A stretch of DNA of 64,000 nucleotides from NCBI GenBank assembly GCA_965223425.1, contig OZ245003.1:1984001-2048000 (forward strand), in the 5' to 3' direction. The stretch is from Nitrosopumilus sp. Its GTDB lineage: Archaea > Thermoproteota > Nitrososphaeria > Nitrososphaerales > Nitrosopumilaceae. Below, piece after piece: positions 39,176 through 49,126 of the stretch. The position numbers and the translations under genes were made by a program. The notes beneath the pieces were generated by a model that was not told the DNA's origin, did no database searches, and saw nothing but the letters and a program-made list of their open reading frames with translations. How positions within the stretch are numbered: position 1 is the first letter of the stretch; each line of letters begins with the position of its first letter.

Positions 39176-40015
39176 TTAATTTGGATTACTATTGTCAGAA
39201 ACTGTTTGTGCAAAGATATAAGGTGTTTCATCTGGCTCATGAAATGTCCAAACAGTTGGTAAAAAGATAGTCTTGATGGAATGAAGATTATTTTGTTCCA
39301 TTAGCGTACCCCATCCTGCCTCATTTTTTGGATCTGGTGGGTATTTTTGAGACAAAGTGCCAGCAAATACCCAACCGATATTATTCATCAGAGATGGAAT
39401 TGAAGTAACTTGATCTAAAACGCCAGAAGTCAGTGCAGTTCCTCCCATTTGTGCAAGACCCCCAATAAAAAATACAGGGCATCTAAGATCCAACGAAGAA
39501 TAATCAAATGTTGTAGCATTAGAACAGTACGGATGAAAGTCAAGAACAGTCAAAGTCTTTTGCAGATCAGCTAACATATCATCAATTTCTATGCTATAGG
39601 ATTCCAAACCTAAAACTTTGGCACAAAACGCTATCCTACCATCTCCAGATCCAACATCAATGATTTCAGAATATCCAATTTCTTTTGCAAGTAACGCACC
39701 AACATATGCAGACATCATCCATGTTGGGGAAAATGGCGCATGGCTTGAACCGTGCTGAATACTGTTTAACCAATATTTGTTAATGTCACCTTCATACACA
39801 ATACAAGATGTTCCTGCAATGGATTTCTCATAAGAATTGTAATAGATTGGATTCTTTGTTGCAAATTGATGCAACAAGTCTAAATCTTTTTGTCCTATTG
39901 GGAATGTTTCTGATTTTGAAATTGGCATTACCTCTTGAATCTGACTTTTACCATCATAGGTTTTTGTGAATTCTTTTTTTAAATTAATTAAATTGTTAGC
40001 AATTTCTTCAATCAT
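39176..40015 (-). CDS. Putative class I SAM-dependent methyltransferase
   Basis: IIDVGSGDGR motif I followed by SIEID. Confidence 0.65.
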   Translation of the reverse strand: MIEEIANNLINLKKEFTKTYDGKSQIQEVMPISKSETFPIGQKDLDLLHQFATKNPIYYNSYEKSIAGTSCIVYEGDINKYWLNSIQHGSSHAPFSPTWMMSAYVGALLAKEIGYSEIIDVGSGDGRIAFCAKVLGLESYSIEIDDMLADLQKTLTVLDFHPYCSNATTFDYSSLDLRCPVFFIGGLAQMGGTALTSGVLDQVTSIPSLMNNIGWVFAGTLSQKYPPDPKNEAGWGTLMEQNNLHSIKTIFLPTVWTFHEPDETPYIFAQTVSDNSNPN

Positions 40016-40481
40016 GAGACAACCCTTTGTCATATTGTTCAACAAATTCCTTGGTACTCATTGTTTGACGCAATTTTTCATATAGTTGTGCTTCAGATTC
40101 AATTTCATCTTTAGATTTTTCTAATATGTTTATAGATCTTAATTGCTTTGTAGTTTCTGCTAATGAATTTGTGAGTTTGGACATAATTGATGGATGTAAG
40201 TTTATATCGAAATTTTCTGAAATGAGTTTTTGAGTTTCTTCGATTTTTCTAATCACTGAATTGTGTTCATCTGAGCCTACAGATTGCTGTTTTAGCACTG
40301 AAGCAAGAGAAGTGGTGTTCATTATCTGATAGTAAATCTGAATAATCTCAGAAAGTGGCAACTCAGGTTTTGTTAATGCAGAACTAATAGAAGATTCCAA
40401 TTTTTTTGTTTCATTATCAAATATTTCTAGAGAGTTGGCAACAGAAAATTTCTCATCAGAGGGCAATTCATAATACCTCAT
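40008..40481 (-). CDS. Hypothetical helical protein
   Basis: 157-aa ORF overlapping the next gene's start. Confidence 0.6.
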   Translation of the reverse strand: MRYYELPSDEKFSVANSLEIFDNETKKLESSISSALTKPELPLSEIIQIYYQIMNTTSLASVLKQQSVGSDEHNSVIRKIEETQKLISENFDINLHPSIMSKLTNSLAETTKQLRSINILEKSKDEIESEAQLYEKLRQTMSTKEFVEQYDKGLSHD

Positions 40482-40570
40482 AATGGCGGTTTAATTTGCA
40501 TTACTATAGCGAAAAGATAAAGTTCGTGAACTAAATTACTCCAAAACAAAAAACTTTTTGATCATATTGT

Positions 40571-41045
40571 ATGGTAAAACCCGATGAACAAATTAGAAGC
40601 ACTTGAAGCAGCATACAAAAAAGAAAATTCCAGGGCTGTAGCAAGAATGCCTGCAGCGTTGATGATTCTAAAGGATGGGAAGGAATACAATACACTACAA
40701 AAACATTACACCACTGCACAAACCGGATGAGAAGACGGGCGAGTCGTTTTGGGGAACACGGCCTTGATGGCCTCTACGACCTCCCAAGAAGCGGCAGACC
40801 AAAAACAGTCTCAAAGAAAAGAATGGACTGTATCATGTCAAAAGCAAAGCTAACTTTTTACTCCTGTAATGTTGCAGCAAAGTATCTTTTATTCCACAGG
40901 AACAAGATTTCACATAACCCACATCGGAAAAATAATGCATCAATTGGCATGTCTGCAAAAACTGCACAAGGATACCACACCAATCATGCAATGTATCTGC
41001 TGTGAAAAGTTGGCAGCAACGCATCAAAAAGAGAATTTCACCTAA
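40571..41045 (+). pseudogene. IS630-family transposase remnant
   Basis: LEAAYKKE... and RFGEHGLDGLYDLPRSGRPK HTH motif; multiple frameshifts. Confidence 0.65.
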
Positions 41046-41049
41046 AAGA

Positions 41050-41135
41050 GGACGGATTTGCCATTGCAAGCTGAACTGCACTGCGTAGTCTGGCAGCTCC
41101 ATCATCTGTGCTGCTCTTTGGGTTCGTGGATTCAT
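41050..41135 (-). pseudogene. N-terminal remnant of the IS6-like transposase
   Basis: MNPRTQRAAQMMELPDYAVQF aligns with MNSRKQRAKQMMDSTGHASQF starting at 45587. Confidence 0.55.
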
Positions 41136-41378
41136 GCGTGATATACCTCGAAAATTAATATAGAACCAAGCAAGAGAAAAAATGACTGGCTCAGATTGTT
41201 AGAAGCAATTTCGTCATTCTCTATGACGAGTGAGAGCGTCACGGCCTCATCATCGCCAGTCATTTTTACTTGATTCATATCAGTATAATATATCCGTACT
41301 AATATAAAGCATTCAATATTAGTACGGTATAGTATTAGATCGAATAAGATTATATAGACACCTACATACAGAAAAACA

Positions 41379-41552
41379 TTGCCAAAATGGAAAAAGGATG
41401 AAACTGTCTTTTCAGTAAGCGTAAACAATGACGGCAATGGCGGTCATATATGCCGTATTCCAAAACCAATTATTGAAAGATTGGGCATAAGTAACTGTAT
41501 TAGCTTCTTGGTAAAAAACAAGAACATCATAGTAGAGGCTGGCGAAAAATGA
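41379..41552 (+). CDS. Small AbrB/MazE-like protein (57 aa)
   Basis: Manual translation MPKWKKDETVFSVSVNNDGNGGHICRIPKPIIERLGISNCISFLVKNKNIIVEAGEK; paralog at 45668-45835. Confidence 0.7.
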   Translation: MPKWKKDETVFSVSVNNDGNGGHICRIPKPIIERLGISNCISFLVKNKNIIVEAGEK

Positions 41553-41611
41553 CAAAACCATACAAGCTTCTCAATGCAGATTCCCTGAAAAAATCAACAT
41601 AAACTCCACAC

Positions 41612-41876
41612 CATGTCACCCACACATACCAACGGCAGTCTTGAGAGATTCCAGTACAACAAAGGACGAGATATTCCGCTACGACAACTCAGAGCGTACG
41701 TCGACTGTTACAACAAGAGAAGACCGCTGCACTTTTCGCTGGGCATTGACAACTGTGAGACCCGTTGCTAGCTTTTAGAAACAAAAAAAAGCACCAGAAG
41801 CGATCAGAGAAACTTGTCCAAAACGGATGGGAAAAGATGCAGATGACTGGCAAACCGACTTTCCATGCACAGCACA
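41612..41876 (+). pseudogene. IS481-like integrase-core C-terminal remnant
   Basis: Frameshifted HPHTNGSLERF...YNKRRPLHFSL...ET; ends in ...ACA. Confidence 0.55.
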
Positions 41877-41902
41877 TGAAATAAAAAATATTTGATTTTA
41901 AA

Positions 41903-42607
41903 TTATGCTTCCTTTTCTGCCTGCTTGACAAAAACATAGTTCATAATCAAACCGGCAATTATTCCGCCTAAGATTGGGGCTGCCCAATACAACCAATGGA
42001 ACTCCCAGAATCCAGAGATTAGTGCAGGACCAAATGTTCTTGCAGGGTTTACTGATGCGCCAGTTAATGGAACAGCAACCAAGTGAATAAGAAAAACCAT
42101 CCCACCAATTGTAAATCCATGCCATCCGGGAGATGCTTTCTTGTGAACAGCGCTCATGAAAATTACGGTTACCAAGAAGAATGTCAGAACCGCCTCAATT
42201 GCAAAACCAGAGCCAACACTGTTATTGATTAATTCGCTTGGACCACCTTGAGTTCCAAAGTTTACTTTGGCGCCAAGTTCTGGCAGAATTGCTTTAAGAG
42301 TAGCAGCAGCAGCTACTGCGCCGATTAGTTGTGAAATGATATATCCAATTCCATCTGCAATTCCAATCTTTCTTGTAATCATCATCGGAATAGTAACTGC
42401 AGGGTTAATGTGAGCGCCAGATACATGGCCAAACGCATAGATCATCAATGCAATAGCACCGCCATGTCCAAGCGAAATGAACAGTACAGACATTGTTGTT
42501 AATTCTTCACCAAATGATGCGATAGCTAAGATAACTGAGAGAGGGCCAAAGAAGACCAATCCATATGTGGATATTGCTTCAGCAAGATATGCTCTTGGAT
42601 TAACCAT
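41903..42607 (-). CDS. Aquaporin / MIP channel
   Basis: SGAHINPAVT and GASVNPARTFGP NPA boxes. Confidence 0.96.
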   Translation of the reverse strand: MVNPRAYLAEAISTYGLVFFGPLSVILAIASFGEELTTMSVLFISLGHGGAIALMIYAFGHVSGAHINPAVTIPMMITRKIGIADGIGYIISQLIGAVAAAATLKAILPELGAKVNFGTQGGPSELINNSVGSGFAIEAVLTFFLVTVIFMSAVHKKASPGWHGFTIGGMVFLIHLVAVPLTGASVNPARTFGPALISGFWEFHWLYWAAPILGGIIAGLIMNYVFVKQAEKEA

Positions 42608-42711
42608 CAGGCTAAAACCACTTTGATTTCCATATAAAAGATTCGGACTAGATTTGTGATCATGGCAGGTCAAAAAGTAATTAATTACAGTCAATTACAT
42701 TGTAAAATACA

Positions 42712-43176
42712 ATGATTTTGAAAGGAGATCCTGTTCCAAAATTTGAGATAAATGATGCCAATGGCAACAAAATAAAATCTACAGATTTCAAGGGCAAAAA
42801 ACATGCCATCTATTTTTATCCAAAAGATTTCACACCAGGATGCACTACAGAGGCTGATGAATTTTCAAAAGACTACAAGAAATTTCAAAAAGAAGGCATT
42901 GAAATCATAGGTATTAGTCCTGATGATGTGGATTCGCACAAAAAATTCTGTGACAAAATGGGAATCAGGTACCCACTTTTAGCAGACGTAGACAAAAAAG
43001 CATCAAAGATGTTTGGGGTCTGGGGCAAGAAAAAATTCATGGGACGAGAGTACATGGGAGTCATGAGAAGTACGTTTCTTGTAGATAAGAAAGGAAAAAT
43101 TTTCAAAATTTATCCAAAAGTAAAACCTGCAGGACATTCAAAACAAGTTCTGGAGGACTTTCTAGGTTCAAACTAA
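42712..43176 (+). CDS. bcp: Peroxiredoxin BCP/PrxQ
   Basis: YFYPKDFTPGCTTEA, SHKKF and RSTFLVD. Confidence 0.95.
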   Translation: MILKGDPVPKFEINDANGNKIKSTDFKGKKHAIYFYPKDFTPGCTTEADEFSKDYKKFQKEGIEIIGISPDDVDSHKKFCDKMGIRYPLLADVDKKASKMFGVWGKKKFMGREYMGVMRSTFLVDKKGKIFKIYPKVKPAGHSKQVLEDFLGSN

Positions 43177-43206
43177 AAATAGGTAAAAGAAAAGGTTGTA
43201 GGAAGA

Positions 43207-44076
43207 CTAGAAACCTTTTGGTAGTGTGCCTTTAGAAGCTTTTGGTGCTTCTGCTGCAGGTTCTGGTTTTGGTTCAAAACCTTTTGGCAAAGTACCTTGC
43301 GTACTTGAAGCTCTATCTTCTGCTTCTGCTGCAAGTGCTTCTTCATAGGCTTTTTGTTGTGCTATTTTATCTTGTTCTATTCTCTGCAAGTAATCGTTTT
43401 CATATTCTTCTAGAAGCTGTTGTTTTGATTTTCCTTCATTACGTTGTACCACTTCAGTCTCTTTTGGAAGTTTACCTTCTGCTGTTTTTGGCGCTTCTTG
43501 TGGAGGTGGTGGAGGAGAAGATTGCGTTTCAGCTTTTATCTCTACTCCTTCAACGCTTAGATTTGCGCCACTAAAACTTCCAAATGTTTTGTCAGGCGGA
43601 TGATATGCAAGCCTTGCCCTTGTTGCAAAGTATTGGTCTGATGGCTGTGTGTAGCCGGTAACCTTTGCCTTTTGTTCGTTCCAGTTTGATGTTGGAACTT
43701 TTCCTACAGGAGCAGTTAATCTTACAAAGTATCTGTTAGGTGCCGGAGCATAGCCTGTAACCTTTGCTCTGTAATCATGAAAAGAGCTCGTCGGTGCAGT
43801 TCTGTATGCATTTTCTAGCGCCTCTTGAACTGTTGCCGGTGGTTGCGCTGTAGTTTCTGCCGGCTTTGGTGCCTCTTGTGGTTTTGGGGTTTCTGCGGGC
43901 TTTGTCTCAGCTGGCTTTGTCTCAGCTGGCTTTGTCTTAGATGGCTTTGGTGCTTCTTGTGGCTTTGGTGCAGGTTTAGATTCAAGTTGTGATGATAATT
44001 TTGATAATTTTGCTTCCAACTCTGCGATTTTTGATTCTAGATCTTTTTTCGTACTTGCCTTGCGTTTTACTGCCAT
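43207..44076 (-). CDS. Pro/Lys/Glu-rich hypothetical protein with AKVTGY repeats
   Basis: Coiled-coil N-terminus, KPAET repeats, two AKVTGY..P...YF units, repeated GTLPKGF; paralog at 47821-49593. Confidence 0.75.
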   Translation of the reverse strand: MAVKRKASTKKDLESKIAELEAKLSKLSSQLESKPAPKPQEAPKPSKTKPAETKPAETKPAETPKPQEAPKPAETTAQPPATVQEALENAYRTAPTSSFHDYRAKVTGYAPAPNRYFVRLTAPVGKVPTSNWNEQKAKVTGYTQPSDQYFATRARLAYHPPDKTFGSFSGANLSVEGVEIKAETQSSPPPPPQEAPKTAEGKLPKETEVVQRNEGKSKQQLLEEYENDYLQRIEQDKIAQQKAYEEALAAEAEDRASSTQGTLPKGFEPKPEPAAEAPKASKGTLPKGF

Positions 44077-44204
44077 TCCTTAGTGTAAATATTGCACGGT
44101 TTATTTACATTTTGATCAGCCTAAATTTTACATTAAATTTATTCATGAAAATACGCAATAACTTGTAAAATTTTCATCAGATTAAACATGAATTTTCAAA
44201 TCAG

Positions 44205-44396
44205 TCAATCAGGCTCCCAAAACTGCATTACGTACATACAGTTATTGCATCGCCATAATCTGACATGGATGCCATTATCAATATCAGCAACATACTCCCC
44301 ATCCTCCATTTGACTAACTTTAGGAAGATAGTTCAATTGTGAATTTTCAAGCCATTCATTTTGTTGGCAGTTAGGACACTTGATTTTTGGAGGCAT
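44205..44396 (-). CDS. Small Zn-ribbon protein
   Basis: CPNC...CNNC. Confidence 0.7.
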   Translation of the reverse strand: MPPKIKCPNCQQNEWLENSQLNYLPKVSQMEDGEYVADIDNGIHVRLWRCNNCMYVMQFWEPD

Positions 44397-44485
44397 ACAC
44401 AGTATAAGATAGGATCAAAGAAGAATATTACTATTAAAAATAAGGTTATGTCGGGTTATCAAGACCTGAAAATTTAGATTGAATT

Positions 44486-45587
44486 TTACTTGTGTAAGCT
44501 GGCATTTTGAATTATGGTTTTCCATCTGTTCTTACCATCAATTTTGATCAATGCTTCCTCAGCTGGAGTTTTACCCTTGAGAGATCCATGCTTTTTTGTA
44601 AAGTTACAGTATCTTTCATTCCATCAAGAATAGGTGTTTTCATTTTCTTTAGTCCTCAGAACACTTTCTCTCTGTCTCTAATCTCACCATTCAAATGCTC
44701 CATTTTGTTGTTATTCATATCTTTTTGAATGTGAGTATGTCTGAGTGAGCAGTCTTTTTTCCAAATATTTTCTTTGAGGCTTTAGAATAGGCTGGTAATC
44801 CGTCTGCGATAAAATGAGTTGGATTCTTGTCTATTGATTCTTTTGTGAGTTTCAATAGATTGTCTGCATTATGCTGAAACTTTGTATCTGTCATGTCACT
44901 AGCCAACCAGTAGCGAGTGTCATCATCCATACTAGCAAATAGATACTTTTGCTTTCCTACAATCTTTATCCATACCTAGTCTGCTCTAACCCAATTTCCA
45001 GTCCTAGAAACAATTTCGTTAAGATATTTTGAAACCATTGTTGAATACTTGCAAATCCAACCACAGATGGAACTATGATTAACTTCAATCTACAACATCG
45101 CATAATTATTCTCAATGTCTCTGACTGACATTCCTGAATAATACATCTGCAAAGCAACTGTGATTGTAGTGTAATCATACCTCATTTTCTCAAATCCAAA
45201 GTTTGAAGAAAATCTCTTTTTGCAGTCAAGACATTTGTAAATCTGAATATTTCCTTTCTTGTTTTTTCTAATTCCTTTTTTGATTATCTTACCTGAATCA
45301 CAATACTTGCAGAGCTCAAGTTTTGATCTTTCCATGATTCTAAATGTGTTGTTTCTGTAACACTTATTTTTCATAATTATCTATAAAACAATTTTGATAT
45401 GTTTACAATCAGATTTTCTTCTGATATGATCCATATATTCACAAGTTAAACCATTATCTGTTTTTGATACAACATAGAATTTTTCTGGATCAGTTTATGA
45501 TCTAACTCTGAATTTGTTTGATTCAAACTGTGATGCATGACCTGTTGAGTCCATCATTTGTTTTGCTCTTTGTTTTCTTGAATTCAC
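44486..45587 (-). pseudogene. IS6-family (IS240-like) DDE transposase with N-terminal Zn-binding modules
   Basis: Fragments CKYC...CLDC, GMSVRDI, WVRAD*VWIK.VGKQKYLFASMDDDTRY, FIADGLPAY and NNKMEHLNGEIRDR; several stops and frameshifts. Confidence 0.8.
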
Positions 45588-45667
45588 ATATTATATTATA
45601 CGTCCGTATATTTATAATTAATTAAACGCCCGTTTAATTTTTATAGATAATAATAAGATATGAAATA

Positions 45668-45835
45668 TTGACAAGGTGGAAAAAAGATGAAACAGAGTTT
45701 CATGTTGCATTATCTTTTGATGGAACAAGTAGTAAGAGATGTCGTGTTCCAAAACCTATAATCGACATGTTAGGCGATCCAAATACCTTAAAATTTGTCA
45801 TTCGTGGTAATACAATTACTGTGACCTCAGATTAA
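45668..45835 (+). CDS. Small AbrB/MazE-like protein (55 aa), divergent from the transposase
   Basis: Manual translation MTRWKKDETEFHVALSFDGTSSKRCRVPKPIIDMLGDPNTLKFVIRGNTITVTSD. Confidence 0.7.
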   Translation: MTRWKKDETEFHVALSFDGTSSKRCRVPKPIIDMLGDPNTLKFVIRGNTITVTSD

Positions 45836-45847
45836 TTGTGGCTAGGG

Positions 45848-46379
45848 ATTTCTAAAAATCCTGAAATTTCTAAAAATCCTGAAATTTCTAAAAATCCTGA
45901 AATTTCTAAAAATCCTGAAATTTCTAAAAATCCTGAAATTTCTAAAAATCCTGAAATTTCTAAAAATCCTGAAATTTCTAAAAATCCTGAAATTTCTAAA
46001 AATCCTGAAATTTCTAAAAATCCTGAAATTTCTAAAAATCCTGAAATTTCTAAAAATCCTGAAATTTCTAAAAATCCTGAAATTTCTAAAAATCCTGAAA
46101 TTTCTAAAAATCCTGAAATTTCTAAAAATCCTGAAATTTCTAAAAATCCTGAAATTTCTAAAAATCCTGAAATTTCTAAAAATCCTGAAATTTCTAAAAA
46201 TCCTGAAATTTCTAAAAATCCTGAAATTTCTAAAAATCCTGAAATTTCTAAAAATCCTGAAATTTCTAAAAATCCTGAAATTTCTAAAAATCCTGAAATT
46301 TCTAAAAATCCTGAAATTTCTAAAAATCCTGAAATTTCTAAAAATCCTGAAATTTCTAAAAATCCTGAAATTTCTAAAA
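45848..46379. repeat. Perfect 18-bp tandem array, 29 full copies plus a partial unit
   Basis: Unit ATTTCTAAAAATCCTGAA; no spacers or variants seen. Confidence 0.97.
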
Positions 46380-46380
46380 T

Positions 46381-47676
46381 TTATGAACTTGGGGCATTTT
46401 TCGTAAATCCGAGAGGTAGTTTCAAACCCTCTAAAAATTCATGATGATTATAATGCTTAACAAAAAAGAAGAAATTAGGATCAACGATACTTAGCTGTCG
46501 TAAATTGGTATCATAGTCAAAAATTGAGGGAGTAATGCCATGATTTTTTTGGTATGTACTAATTCTATTAAGAAAAATAGTTAAAGCACGATCAAATCTT
46601 TTATTATCACGATTTGGGTGAATTTCTTTTATTGCCTTTCTCAAATCATATACTGATAATCCATTTTTAATTTGCTGCACATCAAAATATGCTAAAACAA
46701 CACGTACAAAAAAATATGGCATCCCTAATCCTTGACTTCCATCTTGAGATTGTCTTGGTTTAGCATCTGCAAATGTTTCAAGTGCTCTGTGGAATCTACT
46801 TGCATATGAATTAGTGATTTTAGTAATAGCATTTTGTAGATTATCCTTTGTTAATTTTCTTGGATCTCCAGTTTCAATTATGTGGGCATCATAACAACAT
46901 TCCTTGCATAATTCTTGTAGCATTCCAACATTCCCAAATGATTCTTTGATGAGATCATTTTTAATCTTACTCATATCTATGTTAAGTGATTCCCCACCTA
47001 GCTTGATTATTTCCTGTAAATGTTCTTCTGTCCAAGGTTCTACAGGTAATTCAATTATCCTGTCTTGTAAATCTCCATTATACTGAATTAGTCTATTTCT
47101 TTCTCTCCAAATTCCTAGAATTACTACCCTGACATTAATATCTTGAAATGTTCTTAAATCAAAAGCAAATAATCTTTGTTCTTTCTCTTCTAAGTAATGA
47201 AAATTTTCAAGTATGATGACTTTTTCAGGAAAGTGTTTTTTTATTATCTCTGCTATGTCTTGTGCACCATTAACGTCTATTTGTAAATCAGAATTTGTCT
47301 CTCGTTCATCTGTGGATTTTTCAACCTCCATTCCTGCTTCGGCCAACATGGGAATTTTTACTTTAAAATTAAATTTAGCTTTGGTATTGTCTTCATTTTC
47401 AATTGAGCTACTAGATTGAATTGTAATCTCTAATTTTTTGAGAATGGTTTTGTAAATATCATGTAAATTTATTGTTGGAGAACATTGAACTATAACTTTA
47501 TTTTCCGATATTATATGGGCATTTAGAAGTGTGGTTTTTCCTTGTTTAGATGAGCCATAGACTACAAGTTGCCTTTTTTGGTCAAATGCTTTCTTAAAAC
47601 AGTCATCTATTTCTTGCCTTGACACATATGTTGATAGATCATCATTAATTACTCCAAAAACTTTTTCTAATCTCAC
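46381..47676 (-). CDS. P-loop NTPase (STAND/AAA-like), possible defence protein
   Basis: YVSR, Walker A VVYGSSKQGKT, Walker B VIILENFH, PVEPW and GNVGMLQELC motifs. Confidence 0.75.
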   Translation of the reverse strand: MRLEKVFGVINDDLSTYVSRQEIDDCFKKAFDQKRQLVVYGSSKQGKTTLLNAHIISENKVIVQCSPTINLHDIYKTILKKLEITIQSSSSIENEDNTKAKFNFKVKIPMLAEAGMEVEKSTDERETNSDLQIDVNGAQDIAEIIKKHFPEKVIILENFHYLEEKEQRLFAFDLRTFQDINVRVVILGIWRERNRLIQYNGDLQDRIIELPVEPWTEEHLQEIIKLGGESLNIDMSKIKNDLIKESFGNVGMLQELCKECCYDAHIIETGDPRKLTKDNLQNAITKITNSYASRFHRALETFADAKPRQSQDGSQGLGMPYFFVRVVLAYFDVQQIKNGLSVYDLRKAIKEIHPNRDNKRFDRALTIFLNRISTYQKNHGITPSIFDYDTNLRQLSIVDPNFFFFVKHYNHHEFLEGLKLPLGFTKNAPSS

Positions 47677-47899
47677 ATGGGCTGTTCATAAAAATTGTAT
47701 TTAAATTAATCATTACTAGATTCATAACTTTGAAGAATTCAATCTAGGTCTCGATAACCTAACATAACCATCACTATAATCCAACAGAACCAAAAATAGA
47801 AAACAGGGGATGATGTTAAATTAGAAACCTTTTGGCAGTGTGCCTTTGGCAAGTTTTGCCGGTTCTGGCGTTTTGGCTTTTATCTCTACTCCTTCAACG

Positions 47900-49126
47900 G
47901 GTGCTGTCCAAATTTTTCCCGGAAATTTCCAGAAAAGCTTATAGATCATGACGAAATCCTGCTGCAAGGCTTTTGGATCACGGGCTTGGCACCACGTCAA
48001 TGTCAAAACGACGAAAAAAGGGCAGGAAAAACGGACAGCATGACGCCCACGTCCGAAGGTACAGGATCCAGATGTGCCGGAACTATTCAGCATACGAGAA
48101 GAAGCGGAGGGGCGAGGGCAACAAGATAGTGACGAGGATCAAAAAACTCAAAGAAATGATCCCCGCCGTCTTGGAGGGCGCCTCCAAGGACGAGACATCG
48201 GCACTATTGTGCGTGCTGGACATGGTGTTCCGTAACCACTCGTACAGGGTTCACGTCACGTACATGGAACTGCACCCGGGTACGGTAAACGCCTACGGCC
48301 TAAAAAGGATTCCATCAAAATCGTCACTGCACAACATGGCAAAAGCGCTGTCAGGGAGGATCGAGCAGCTCGCAGGACTGCTTCTGGCACAGGCAGGAGA
48401 CGACGCGCGCGGCACCGTCATAGGCGACTCGTCTGGGTTCTCCATCATGAATTACGTGGACTGGGAGGACGCCAAGAAAGGACTCGTCTCAAGGCGCGAG
48501 TTTGACAAGCTGCACGTGCTGGTGGCCCCGCACGGCATGATATCTGCGTGCGAGGTGACGTGCGGCAGAAAGCACGACTCGCCGGTGTTCTGCGACATGT
48601 ACGGGAGGATCCCCCGCACGGCGACACCGGCGGCCACGTCCTGCTGGATGCGGCATGCCTCTCAAGGAAGAACTGCCGTATCATTGCAGACGGCGGAAGG
48701 GAGCCGGTCATATGTCCCAAGAAGAACTCCGTTCCCAGGGGGTTTAACCCCATGGGAAAAATGCTTCGCTGGCACAGGGACGACCCGTGCGGGTTTGCAA
48801 AGGCCTACGGCCAGCGCAGTTGGTGGAGAACACGTTTTCTGTCATGAAGGAGAGGTTCGGCGCAGTCGCCCGTGCAAGGACGGCATCCATGAGAAGGCTA
48901 CAGCTTGTCCTAAAGTGCATCTGCTACAACCTGGTCGCATAAGACTGCCGTAATGCGGAGAGGGCTTTCCCAGCGTAAGCTGTACTCCTGCTTGCCATTC
49001 TTTGGGACAAGGCACCTGATGACGGTGTCACCGGTATTCTTCTGGCATGGGCAGCACCGATGCTTGCCTGTTTTTGCGCAAAAATCACGAAACATGTGAT
49101 CGAAATCAGTCAATTTGGACAGCACC
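47900..49126 (+). mobile_element. IS5/IS4-superfamily insertion sequence
   Basis: TIR GGTGCTGTCCAAATT / AATTTGGACAGCACC; TSD CCTTCAACG (9 bp, or 7 bp if the TIR is one base longer); visibly more GC-rich than the backbone. Confidence 0.92.
48000..48942 (+). pseudogene. DDE transposase (IS5-like), frameshifted
   Basis: GDSSGFS, FDKLHV and HDSPVF; LDAACLS in a second frame; ENTFSVMKERFG...CYNL in a third frame. Confidence 0.8.

Larger units (their letters stand above)
44444..47791. mobile_element. IS6-family cargo transposon (decayed transposase, AbrB-like gene, tandem array, ATPase)
   Basis: Left IR GGTTATGTCGGGTTATCAAGACCT. Inner right IR 47746-47769 (reverse complement GGTTATGTTAGGTTATCGAGACCT, 21/24 match). 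A second end at 47771-47791 (GGTTCTGTTGGATTATAGTGA) gives flanks AAAAATAA/AAAAATAG. Confidence 0.75.

Noticed and set aside
39080-41890. tRNA-Arg as integration site for the nearby accessory DNA
   Set aside because: No duplicated tRNA 3' end or integrase seen, and two backbone-like genes intervene.
45836-46444. 202-aa (ISKNPE)n ORF, or a CRISPR array
   Set aside because: The frame is open only because the 18-bp unit lacks a stop in it, and it overlaps the ATPase gene. There are no spacers or cas genes.
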